From Candidatus Woykebacteria bacterium RBG_13_40_15 (GTDB lineage: Bacteria; Patescibacteriota; Microgenomatia; Woykebacterales; RBG-16-39-9b), in the NCBI GenBank assembly GCA_001816655.1, contig MHCP01000030.1, positions 5,623 to 69,622 of the forward strand: DNA of 64,000 nt. Direction: 5' to 3'. This document shows positions 48,694-57,836 of this stretch, piece after piece; position 1 is the stretch's first letter, and each line of letters starts with the position of its first letter. A program made the position numbers and the translations under genes. The notes beneath the pieces were generated by a model. It was not told the origin of the DNA. It saw nothing but the letters and a program-made list of their open reading frames with translations, and made no database searches.

Positions 48694-49358
48694 AGTTATT
48701 CTTTGCTCCAAATGCTTTCCTCACCTTCTCCTGAACTTCCAGCAGAAGCTTTCGGAGATAGAGGTCCGTTATTATCTGGTCCCCCTCGGCGAAGAAGGAG
48801 TTTAGGGAAGCCATTCCTTCGTTACCTGGCTGCTCCCGGCAGAACAAACCCCAGCTAGCCCCTACAAGCGGATGGATCTCCCGCAGGTAGCGATCTTCTC
48901 GGGTTTTCCCCTCGTAGTACTCTACCCATGCTTCCCGAAGGACATTACGAACTTTCCTACTCAGCGGCCTCGTCAACTTCCACATCGCTCTCTTCTCCTC
49001 AGCGAAAAAGAGAGTCTCCCAATCACGCCAATCCTTCACCCGTTCTCGGGCTCTTTCCCAGAAGCGCCTGATTTGAGCTCTCGTCCGCCCCTTCGAGTAA
49101 ACTTGGGCGGGGTTACGATCGGTAGTCAGTATCTCGTGCAAATCGTGAGCTATTGCTTTGATCGCAAGCTTCGCGAGGTCCAGCTCAAGCCCCCTTGACA
49201 GATTGTCGAAAAACCCGAAGAAGAAAAGGCTTGCACTGTGCTCGAGACTAGACTCAAATCTCGTTTGGACATCCCTATCCGGCCAACCACTCCTAATCGT
49301 CAATTGCCAACCGGAAGATTAGCCTTAAGAGAATCCAGGAGTCTTGATTTTGCGCCAT
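48692..49358 (-). pseudogene. Divergent HD-domain protein with an apparent 5' frameshift
   Basis: RSGW, ESSLEH, AHDLHE motifs; SD AGGAGG and ATG at 49358 are out of frame with the main ORF (to 49303). Confidence 0.55.
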
Positions 49359-49461
49359 CGTTCTCTCCTCCTTCTAGGATCAAGTCCTATTAGAAACTGC
49401 CGATCGACGCAAAGGTGGAGCGTATTATATATTATTTAGGGTATATTTGCAAGCTACAGGA

Positions 49462-50736
49462 TTACAACTTGGTGCTGTAGTAGTGACGGTCGAGGGCTTC
49501 TACAAATCTTAAAAGAAAAGGGTCGTCTACAAGTTCTTTTAAACCTAGCCAAAAAGAGGTAGGTGAAACGCTTTTGTCCTTCTTGTGATACTCCATCGCC
49601 TGCAAAACTGTCTCAATCCGATCTACTTGTCTAGCATATCTTCCTTCTTTACTTGTCCCTGTTCTAAATTCAAGCCATAAATACTTTAGTTCATGACGCT
49701 GGTAATGCGGCAGGTATTTAAAAAGCTTTTCCATGGCACTACTTTCTTTTTGCAAAGCCTCTTTCATAATAACTTCTTTTTCCTGTTTCAAACCAATCCA
49801 AGGAAAGGTCTCTATAACACGGTCTATATCTTTTAATTTTTCTAGGAAAACATCATGAGGTGTGTGATCACCAATATCTACTGTAAACAAATTGTGGATC
49901 CCCGACATTACAATCATCGCCTCTTGATCCAACCTGCGGCTTACCGAAAAGATCCAAGAAGCAAAGGCTACTAAGAATGAGTGGGAAGCAACTGATTCTG
50001 GGTCCTTCACTCCTCTCAAAACCCACCCTTTTCTTTTTATCTCCTTCAATTTGCCAATTTCGAGTAAGAATTCAATGATATTTCTGTCTTTTTTGGTTTT
50101 TACATCTCCCTTACCACTCTTAATGTATATCTGCAAACTCTCAACGAATTTCAAAAGTTGTTTGTCATAGGTAAACTCTTTAATTTGAACTAAAAACGGA
50201 GTTAGAATATCCTCTTTCACTTTATCTTTGTATTCAAAAGCTTGTATAAGATTTTCTATTTTGTCTAGAGCTCTTAAAAATTTAGCTTCCCTGGAACTGC
50301 GTTGCTGAAATTCCAACCAAAGATAATTAATCTCGTGATTAATTGGTTCAGGAAGGTTTCTAGTAAGTTTTTCCATAGCTTTCTTTTCTTCCTCTAGTCT
50401 TTGTTTAGCTATCTTACCTTTTTGATCTATTGGAGCCCGAAGGGCCAAGGCTGGGTATCTCTTTATAATTTCTTTTCTGTTTTTTAGTTCGAGCAATTTA
50501 TCGTAGGGGCTTATGTAATCAATATAAACGGCTGAAAGGCTATGGACTAAAGCGAGTTTTAGAAGTCTTTTGATGTTTAAGTTTCTTTCTTTTCCAAATA
50601 CCCAAGCGAGAATTAGAACCCGAAAAGCATGGTCGGCTACACTCTCTGGGTTATTTATGCCGCGGAGGAGCCAACCTCTTCGCTGAATAGTCTTTAGCCT
50701 TCCTACTTCAACAAAAAATTTTATAAATTCTTCCAT
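49462..50736 (-). CDS. Tandem HD-domain (HD_3 / YfbR-like) protein
   Basis: Two copies of LK..R.GW.LRG...PESVA.H.F and D(K/R)IE..QA.EY. Confidence 0.88.
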   Translation of the reverse strand: MEEFIKFFVEVGRLKTIQRRGWLLRGINNPESVADHAFRVLILAWVFGKERNLNIKRLLKLALVHSLSAVYIDYISPYDKLLELKNRKEIIKRYPALALRAPIDQKGKIAKQRLEEEKKAMEKLTRNLPEPINHEINYLWLEFQQRSSREAKFLRALDKIENLIQAFEYKDKVKEDILTPFLVQIKEFTYDKQLLKFVESLQIYIKSGKGDVKTKKDRNIIEFLLEIGKLKEIKRKGWVLRGVKDPESVASHSFLVAFASWIFSVSRRLDQEAMIVMSGIHNLFTVDIGDHTPHDVFLEKLKDIDRVIETFPWIGLKQEKEVIMKEALQKESSAMEKLFKYLPHYQRHELKYLWLEFRTGTSKEGRYARQVDRIETVLQAMEYHKKDKSVSPTSFWLGLKELVDDPFLLRFVEALDRHYYSTKL

Positions 50737-50858
50737 AAATACCTATTATAATGCTTAAAGAGGTTGTTGCCAATACTCTAGGATATTCAACTTGTTAACT
50801 AAATCAAAATTAGGAAAGAGTCACCAAAAGAGTAATTAGAAGAAGCCAGACGGGAAAT

Positions 50859-51320
50859 CTAATTAATCTCGATTATGGTATAAGTAGACTTAATAGTCGA
50901 CGCAACAGTAACGACATCTCCTACCTTTGTTCCTATCAGTGTTTTTCCAACAGGGCTTTGATCGGAGATTTTTCCTTGCATGGGATCTGCCTCAATCGAG
51001 GAAACAATGATAAATTCATCTCTCTCGCCATTTACTTCAACTTTTACACGTGAGCCTACCTGAACTAAACCGGGTTTTTCTACTTGAGTAACTACTTTTG
51101 CATTCCGAAGTATCTCTTCAAGTTCGATTATTCTTCCTTCAATAAACGACTGTTCTTCTCTCGCACTGTCATATTCTGAATTTTCAGCAATATCACCAAA
51201 TTCTCTTGCGCGGGCAATGCGTTTTGTAACTTCTTTTCTTCTTATCTTCGTAAGATCTTCGTATTCTTTTTGAAGTTTTTCTAATCCCTGTTTAGTCAGG
51301 AAAATCTTGGCTTTTTCCAT
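50859..51320 (-). CDS. greA: Transcription elongation factor GreA
   Basis: GDIAENSEY, ISDQSPVG. Confidence 0.96.
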   Translation of the reverse strand: MEKAKIFLTKQGLEKLQKEYEDLTKIRRKEVTKRIARAREFGDIAENSEYDSAREEQSFIEGRIIELEEILRNAKVVTQVEKPGLVQVGSRVKVEVNGERDEFIIVSSIEADPMQGKISDQSPVGKTLIGTKVGDVVTVASTIKSTYTIIEIN

Positions 51321-51538
51321 AAATTCTCCTTCTGTCTGAAATAAAAAACCCCACACTGGGGACTTGGAGGTCTTTTACTTTTACCCTTAATGGTTTAGGT
51401 TTCAGGAGGAACAATAGCACAAATGGGTCGTTTTTGTCAACAACCAATCACCAAGCTAGCCTCTTAATTCGAGTAGGTTGCCTCTTGCATCTTCCAAGTA
51501 GACAGCCTTAAAATGATTATGTTACTCTGTTTAATCGT

Positions 51539-52306
51539 ATGGAAAATAACTATAAAAACCTCAGAGTCTACAACACTATAATGGGTTTTTTACATTTGGC
51601 TCAAGGTACAACTGTACTTCTTCTTAGCAACGATTTTAAACTTCCAATAAACACAACTTATTTAAGTTTCAACTCTACTTTAAAAGTGTTGGAACCAGTT
51701 ACAAAGCAGCTTTTCCAAGTCAAATTTGGAATATTGGTTGCCGCCTTTCTACTCATTTCCGCAGCCGCCCACTTTATAATCTCGACTGTTTATTACAAAA
51801 ATTACCAACAAAACTTAAGTAAAGGAATAAATAAAGCTAGGTGGTTTGAATATGCTTTCTCCGCTTCGCTAATGATTGTATTGATTGGAATGTTGAGCGG
51901 AATTTACGATCTTTCAAGCTTACTAATGATGTTTGGGCTGGTAGCAATTATGAACCTTTGTGGGTTACTAATGGAACTTTACAATCAGGGTAAAGAACAG
52001 GTCAATTGGGCTTCTTTCATTGTTGGTTGTATTGCGGGTATTATCCCTTGGATTGTAATTGCGATTTATTTCTGGGCAGCAGAAATAAACGGCAGCAGCA
52101 ACAATATCCCAACCTTTGTCTATTGGATTTTTGTTTCAATCTTCCTTTTCTTCAACAGCTTTGCCCTCAATATGTTTTTGCAATATAAAAAGGTGGAACC
52201 ATGGAAAGACTATCTTTTTGGAGAAAGAGTGTATATTCTGCTTAGCCTAACTGCCAAATCGGCTCTGGCCTGGCAAATCTTCGCCGGCACTTTGCGCCCA
52301 ATGTAA
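51539..52306 (+). CDS. Heliorhodopsin
   Basis: 7 TM helices; HLAQ, RWFEYAFSAS, retinal-binding LSLTAKSALAW. Confidence 0.93.
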   Translation: MENNYKNLRVYNTIMGFLHLAQGTTVLLLSNDFKLPINTTYLSFNSTLKVLEPVTKQLFQVKFGILVAAFLLISAAAHFIISTVYYKNYQQNLSKGINKARWFEYAFSASLMIVLIGMLSGIYDLSSLLMMFGLVAIMNLCGLLMELYNQGKEQVNWASFIVGCIAGIIPWIVIAIYFWAAEINGSSNNIPTFVYWIFVSIFLFFNSFALNMFLQYKKVEPWKDYLFGERVYILLSLTAKSALAWQIFAGTLRPM

Positions 52307-52355
52307 TTAAATCGATTAACTAAACTCGACAACCGCCATTCAGTTTATTAGAATC

Positions 52356-53201
52356 TTGTTAATGACTAAATTATTAATTTACAGAGAAGATTTAAAGATA
52401 CTTGTACAAGAAAAAGCAAATGAACTAACTTTGCCCAACACTGATTTGACTAATCATGAGGATATAAGATTATTTGCACTTAAAAATCTTGGTTTTTCGA
52501 TCCGAAGTTTTGGACAAAGACATAAAGATATCTTGATAGCGAGAAGGATATTTGGAGACCAAAAAGAAGGATTAAAATGGGTAGGCCTAGAAGAAGCTTC
52601 CAAATTGATCGGAATGAAAGAGGAAATCATCAAAACATGGATCGATAAAGACATTGAATACTCAACAAAGAAGCAACTTGAACTTATCAAAAAAGTTTTT
52701 GATGAATTTAAGAAACAAAAGATTGATATTTTTATGTGGGGAGGTTGGGCGATTGATTTTTTGGTAGGGCATGTGACAAGACTACATATTGACATCGATA
52801 CACTTGTCTGGAAAAAGGATAAAGAAAAGGTAGAGAAGATAATGGGAAATTTAGGCTTTTCGATGCAAGATAAGATACGAAAATTTCAAAATGAATATGA
52901 AGGCTTTCAATTCGATACTGATTTTGTAGAACCCTACAACAGTGACTTTATTTCCAGCAGATCACCGCAAACAAAAGGGTTAAAATGGTCAAAAGAAACT
53001 TTTTATGAAGCATTTGAAGCGAAAATGGGCGATGTCCAAGTTACAGTGATAAATCCTAAATCCCTTTATTCTTCTCTTGAGTATAAACTTAAGTTTTACA
53101 AAAGAAAGATAGGTGAGACAAGCGGACCAGTAGAAAAGACAAAGCAAGATTTGGAAACTTTAAAGAACCTGAAGCTTTATTTTCCTACTCAAAAAAGTTA
53201 A
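52356..53201 (+). CDS. Nucleotidyltransferase (ANT(2'')/Lnu-like) with N-terminal extension
   Basis: GGWAIDFLVGHVTRLHIDID. Confidence 0.78.
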   Translation: MLMTKLLIYREDLKILVQEKANELTLPNTDLTNHEDIRLFALKNLGFSIRSFGQRHKDILIARRIFGDQKEGLKWVGLEEASKLIGMKEEIIKTWIDKDIEYSTKKQLELIKKVFDEFKKQKIDIFMWGGWAIDFLVGHVTRLHIDIDTLVWKKDKEKVEKIMGNLGFSMQDKIRKFQNEYEGFQFDTDFVEPYNSDFISSRSPQTKGLKWSKETFYEAFEAKMGDVQVTVINPKSLYSSLEYKLKFYKRKIGETSGPVEKTKQDLETLKNLKLYFPTQKS

Positions 53202-54034
53202 ACAACTCTTTCAAATTTATTTTCGGCAACATCTCCGATATATAACCCAACCCTATTTTCATGACACTGCTCAACTAAAACTTTTCTCACTGCATCATCA
53301 AAAGAAAATCCTTGCTCAACCAACCTGTCTTCCTGTTCATTCATCCCTTTTGCGTAAGCTGACCGCCCTGCTGATTCAAAGGATGAACTTTCTTTAGTCC
53401 TTACCATCGCATACAAAGTATCTTGACCTATTACTAACCTTGTCTGATCAGCTTCACCAATGGGAAAAATCATTTTACTAAAATCTTGAGCACTTGGAGG
53501 ATTACCGGAAGGATGTGTATGAATAGAACCTAAAACTTTTTTACCTCTTTCAATCTCTACCCATTCTCTTTTCGCAAAACACTTGTTAAGAAGTGCCGCA
53601 TTCGAATAATTTGCGGGCACCAAAATGAATTCTTTATCTGGATGATCAGATAGAGGAACGTGCTTCCTCATAGCTTGATCAATCCCCACTATCATCATAT
53701 CAGTATTGTCACCAAAAGAAGATAGATCCCAAATAGTAACTCGAACACTATCTTCAGAACCTCGATTCAATTCTCTCAAGGTTAGACCATTACTAGCATT
53801 TACATACAAAACTCCGCTAACTTCTTTGCCAGATTCCTTTGACCATTTAGCCAGGGATGAAAGGCCATATTTGATCTCATCACTAAAAGAAATTTCTTTC
53901 GGTAGCTCACCAATAGACCTTTCTTCCATAAAAAGATCTTCGGCATTGGTTGATTTTTCAGGGGGCTTATTAACTGCTGTGTCTTCAGGACCAAGACCCC
54001 TGTCCTCTGCTGATGGACCAAATTCACCTGACAT
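53198..54034 (-). CDS. Protein with JAB/MPN-like metalloprotease motif
   Basis: KEVSG ... IHTHPSGNPPSAQD (E...HxH..S..D). Confidence 0.65.
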   Translation of the reverse strand: MSGEFGPSAEDRGLGPEDTAVNKPPEKSTNAEDLFMEERSIGELPKEISFSDEIKYGLSSLAKWSKESGKEVSGVLYVNASNGLTLRELNRGSEDSVRVTIWDLSSFGDNTDMMIVGIDQAMRKHVPLSDHPDKEFILVPANYSNAALLNKCFAKREWVEIERGKKVLGSIHTHPSGNPPSAQDFSKMIFPIGEADQTRLVIGQDTLYAMVRTKESSSFESAGRSAYAKGMNEQEDRLVEQGFSFDDAVRKVLVEQCHENRVGLYIGDVAENKFERVV

Positions 54035-54102
54035 AAGACAAGTATTTCAGGAAGGTTGGTTTTAGTCAAGGAAAAACAAAAAAATAGGAGAACAAGCAAT
54101 CC

Positions 54103-54329
54103 TGGTGACGCTACGGGGGATAGAACGCTACAGCGTCCTGCGACCATTTCTCCCGATTGAATCGGGATCCGTGGACTTCGAACCCCGGTTTAGTAGGTGA
54201 CCCGCCTGCCTAGATTTGGTACCGCCAGGGGGATTCGAACCCCCGATCTCAGCGTTGAGAACGCTGCGTCCTAGACCACTAGACGATGGCGGCATATTCG
54301 GGCAGGGAACCACGCTAGACGATAGCGTC
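54103..54329 (-). other. Interrupted outer tRNA-Glu-like gene enclosing the intact tRNA
   Basis: 5' GACGCTA-TC-GTCTAG.. pairs with 3' TAGCGTC-A-CCA; AAAC-CGGGG-TTCGA...CCCCG T-arm split by about 57 nt. Confidence 0.7.
54217..54293 (-). tRNA. tRNA-Glu (CTC)
   Basis: GCCGCCA acceptor stem, CAGCG-TT-CTC-AA-CGCTG anticodon arm, GGGGG-TTCGAAT-CCCCC, encoded CCA. Confidence 0.96.
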
Positions 54330-54479
54330 AAAACTTAAAACAGAGAGATTAGATTATATATTTTTTCGCTTTTGGAGTCAAAGTTTGGAATCCAAAACAA
54401 AGTAAACTATCTTGACAATTATTAATCAAATAAAGTACCCTAAAGCAAGGAGGCTGCCCTTTTTATTAGGGCAGAAATT

Positions 54480-55124
54480 ATGCCCGAAGCACCAAATGAT
54501 CCATTAAATAATCCAACACCGCCTGCAGGAAACCCCGCGGTTGGAGGGTCGGTAAGCAACTCAACGCCAACACCACCGCCTTTAGACCCAATTGCACCAG
54601 CACCGGTTGATCCAGCTCCAATCACGCCTAACCCAGCACCGTCTGCTCCAGATCCAGTAGCTACTCAACCAACTGTTCCTCTAGCACAAGAAACAGCACC
54701 GCCTTCAGCTCCCGCGATTGACCCAGTCTCTAGCCCACAAGCGGCTCCTGAACCAGCAGCGACGCCTCCTCCAACAAGTACTGCTCCTACCACCAATCCG
54801 ATGGTAACTAGCGATCAACCAGCAACTCAAGGGGCACCTGGAGAAGAAGTTGGGCCATCTTGGCTTCGCCCAACCCCTGAACAAGGCGGCCAACCTCAAG
54901 CAGAACCACAGCAAGCTCCAGATCTTCCACCACTAACAGATGTGCCACCACCTTGGCAAGTGCCTGCAGAAAACGCCCCAGCGGAAACCCCACAACCGAT
55001 TGCTGAAGAGCGTCATAGTGGTTTTCCGGTAGCTATATTTATAATTTTAATACTAGGAATTATTGTAGCTATTGGTGCCTGGTTGTTCATAAGTGGTAAT
55101 CTGGGTTTTCCCTTTACCGGATAA
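54480..55124 (+). CDS. Pro/Ala-rich low-complexity protein with C-terminal TM anchor
   Basis: Composition, and hydrophobic IFIILILGIIVAIGAWLF. Confidence 0.75.
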   Translation: MPEAPNDPLNNPTPPAGNPAVGGSVSNSTPTPPPLDPIAPAPVDPAPITPNPAPSAPDPVATQPTVPLAQETAPPSAPAIDPVSSPQAAPEPAATPPPTSTAPTTNPMVTSDQPATQGAPGEEVGPSWLRPTPEQGGQPQAEPQQAPDLPPLTDVPPPWQVPAENAPAETPQPIAEERHSGFPVAIFIILILGIIVAIGAWLFISGNLGFPFTG

Positions 55125-55132
55125 GTAACCCT

Positions 55133-55819
55133 TCAGGCGCCAAAATTTCTTACTCTCTCGTGAAAATCGTCTAACGCTTTCTTAAGTTCTTTTTCATTAA
55201 AATCCGGCCATAGAGTATCCGTAAAATACAATTCTGAGTATGTTCCTTGCCAAAGCAAGAAGTTGGAAAGCCTTTTTCGCCCACCTGTTCGAATAATTAA
55301 ATCTGGTTCAGGAATCCCTGCTGTGTATAGATTGGAATTTATAGCATCTTCACTTATTTCCTGTCGGTCGGAAACCACTTTTCTCACAGAAGAAATTATC
55401 TCGTACCGACCTCCGTAATTTATTGCTGCAGTGAGAATCAGTTTATTGTTTTTAGAAAGCTTGTCCTCTACATCCTTGAACGACTTAATAACATTTTTTG
55501 GTAGCTTACTTAGATCGCCAATGAATTTTAACCTTACACCATTTTCGTTAAGAGAGGAAAATTTACTTTTGGTCATTTTTAGCATGGTATTAAATAAAAA
55601 TGATATCTCAATAGATTTTCTAGATTTTAAATTTTCTGTAGAAAGAGCATAAACTGTTAGATACTTGATGCCGATTTTTGATGCTACTTCGACAATTCTT
55701 TGTAGGTTCTCCGCCCCAGCCTCGTGGCCAGCACTGGAAGGAAGGTTTTTATTGGCCGCCCAACGACGGTTTCCGTCCATTATTATTCCCACGTGTTTTG
55801 GAGCATTGTTTTTTTCCAT
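55133..55819 (-). CDS. uppS: Undecaprenyl diphosphate synthase
   Basis: HVGIIMDGNRRWA, STEN, NYGGR, IRTGG..RLSNFLLWQ. Confidence 0.96.
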   Translation of the reverse strand: MEKNNAPKHVGIIMDGNRRWAANKNLPSSAGHEAGAENLQRIVEVASKIGIKYLTVYALSTENLKSRKSIEISFLFNTMLKMTKSKFSSLNENGVRLKFIGDLSKLPKNVIKSFKDVEDKLSKNNKLILTAAINYGGRYEIISSVRKVVSDRQEISEDAINSNLYTAGIPEPDLIIRTGGRKRLSNFLLWQGTYSELYFTDTLWPDFNEKELKKALDDFHERVRNFGA

Positions 55820-55891
55820 AAAGAAGATTATATATCGCCAGAGAAACAACAGCAATCTAACACCTAGCTAATAGAAACAAGGTCTATTATT

Positions 55892-57064
55892 TTGACTAAA
55901 ATTACCAAAAAAGTTAAACTTAAAATACAAATGCGAAAACCTGCCCACCTACCAATAAAAAGGCTAAAGCCTTCGAATGGAATTGTGAATTTAAATCCGT
56001 TCAAAGAAGATGATTTTGCATCGGTACTAAAAAATACCATCAACAAAGTGGTGGCTTCGGGGCTTCCCCCAGATTTAAAAGAAGAAACTAAAGAGACTCT
56101 CACACGGCTAAACCGGGCGATGGAGCATTCCTTTTACCAAACAGAGTTTGAACAAACGACAAAATATATAGATTGGTTACTACAATTACCTTGGAATAGA
56201 CGAACAAAGGACAATCTTGACCTAGTAAAAGGGCGGCAAGCTTTAGACAAAAATCACTATGGATTATCTTCAATTAAAGAGAGGATCCTAGAATATCTAG
56301 CTGTTTTAAAAATACAATCCGATAAAGACGAAGATAATATAATCCGTTTTTCTCGCTCTCCTGTACTCTGTTTTGTTGGTCTACCAGGTACAGGTAAAAC
56401 GTCGCTTGCGGCTTCAATTGCTGAAACCTTAGGACGTCAGTTTATTAGAATTCCAATGGGTGGTATGAGCTCACCACTTTTGTTACGCGGCCAACCAAGA
56501 GCCTACCCGGAAGCTGAACCTGGATTAATAATTAAGGGCTTGCGCCGTGCTGGTACAAAAAACCCAGTCATACTGCTTGACGAAATTGATTCAATAGCAG
56601 AGGGTGCGGAAAGTGACATAATGGGCGTGCTACTGGAATTACTGGATCCCGAGCAAAATAACGCCTTTACTGATTATTACGTTGATTATCCCTTTGACTT
56701 ATCGGAAGTACTTTTTATAGCTTCCGCCAACAAAATTGGAAACGTGACACCTGCAGTATTGGATCGTTTGGAAATAATAATCATGCCCCGTTACACAGAT
56801 GATGATAAAATTCGTATTGCCAGAGATTATTTATTTCCTAGAGAGCTGGCTATAGTTGGCTTAGAAAAAAATGTAGTTAAGATTTCAGATGACGCATGGA
56901 TTCATATAATAAAACCTTTTGGTTATGACGTAGATATTCGTGCTTTGCAGAGAACAATAAATGGAATTTTACGTAAAGTTGCAAAGAAATCTATCGAAGG
57001 AAAACTAACTTCATTTGATATTAATGCCGCGAACCTCGCTGAATTCCTCCCCGAATTTATCTAG
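55892..57064 (+). CDS. Lon-like AAA+ ATPase lacking the protease domain
   Basis: LPW, HYGL..KERILEYLAV, GLPGTGKT, NPVILLDEID, LLELLDPEQN; ORF ends before any Ser-Lys domain. Confidence 0.88.
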   Translation: MTKITKKVKLKIQMRKPAHLPIKRLKPSNGIVNLNPFKEDDFASVLKNTINKVVASGLPPDLKEETKETLTRLNRAMEHSFYQTEFEQTTKYIDWLLQLPWNRRTKDNLDLVKGRQALDKNHYGLSSIKERILEYLAVLKIQSDKDEDNIIRFSRSPVLCFVGLPGTGKTSLAASIAETLGRQFIRIPMGGMSSPLLLRGQPRAYPEAEPGLIIKGLRRAGTKNPVILLDEIDSIAEGAESDIMGVLLELLDPEQNNAFTDYYVDYPFDLSEVLFIASANKIGNVTPAVLDRLEIIIMPRYTDDDKIRIARDYLFPRELAIVGLEKNVVKISDDAWIHIIKPFGYDVDIRALQRTINGILRKVAKKSIEGKLTSFDINAANLAEFLPEFI

Positions 57065-57068
57065 CGGA

Positions 57069-57836
57069 TTATTCTTTAAGAATTTCCAAAAGCTGCTCGT
57101 GGATTTTGCCGTTGGTCGCTAAAATATCTTTTGATTCTAGGGACCACGGTTTGCCACTCAATTCTGTCACCTTACCACCTGCTTCTTCTACAATTAAGAC
57201 TCCGGCAGCAAAGTCCCAAGAGCTTGGCGGAAAGACAATTGAGGCATCTAAAACCCCACTTGCAACATAGCAAAGGTGCAAAGCTGTACTACCAAGCATT
57301 TTTGGAGTTCTAGTAGAAAGTTCTACTTTTGAAAAGGTTTTTACAAATTTCTCCTTTATATACCAAGGGCGAGTATAACCAATCATCGAGTCTTTAAGTT
57401 TTTCTGTGGCTGTAACTCTTATTATCGCATCATTTAACCTTGCGCCTTTGTTTTTCTCGGCAACATACAAATTTTCATGAACTGGGTCATAAACAACACC
57501 AACTTGTACTTCATTTTTAACCACTAACGCAATTGAAACGGCAAAAAGAGGAAGATGAGTGGCGTAGTTTGTGGTACCATCCAAAGGATCTACTAGCCAG
57601 AGGTATTCTGAGTCTTTTTTCGAAAAACCGCTTTCTTCTGCGTTGATGGAATGGGTTGGGAAGTTTTCTTTAATAATCGAAATAATTTTGTTTTCAGAAA
57701 GTTTATCGATTTCGGTTGCCCAACTAGCGTCTTGCTTAAGAGTTGGCTTATTGGCCTTGTGGTAATTTTCTTTTAAAATCTTTCCGGCCTCTTTTGCAGC
57801 TTTTATTGCAACTTCAAGGTACAAGCTTACCTCCAA
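57069..57836 (-). CDS. Inositol monophosphatase family protein
   Basis: AEES, WLVDPLDGTTNY, WDFAAG..IVEEAGG. Confidence 0.93.
   Translation of the reverse strand: MEVSLYLEVAIKAAKEAGKILKENYHKANKPTLKQDASWATEIDKLSENKIISIIKENFPTHSINAEESGFSKKDSEYLWLVDPLDGTTNYATHLPLFAVSIALVVKNEVQVGVVYDPVHENLYVAEKNKGARLNDAIIRVTATEKLKDSMIGYTRPWYIKEKFVKTFSKVELSTRTPKMLGSTALHLCYVASGVLDASIVFPPSSWDFAAGVLIVEEAGGKVTELSGKPWSLESKDILATNGKIHEQLLEILKE

Noticed and set aside
52356-53201. Confirmed antibiotic-resistance gene
   Set aside because: Only the family motif is visible; the substrate cannot be assigned from sequence.
54128-54331. 67-aa ORF across the tRNA region
   Set aside because: Shadow ORF over tRNA sequence.
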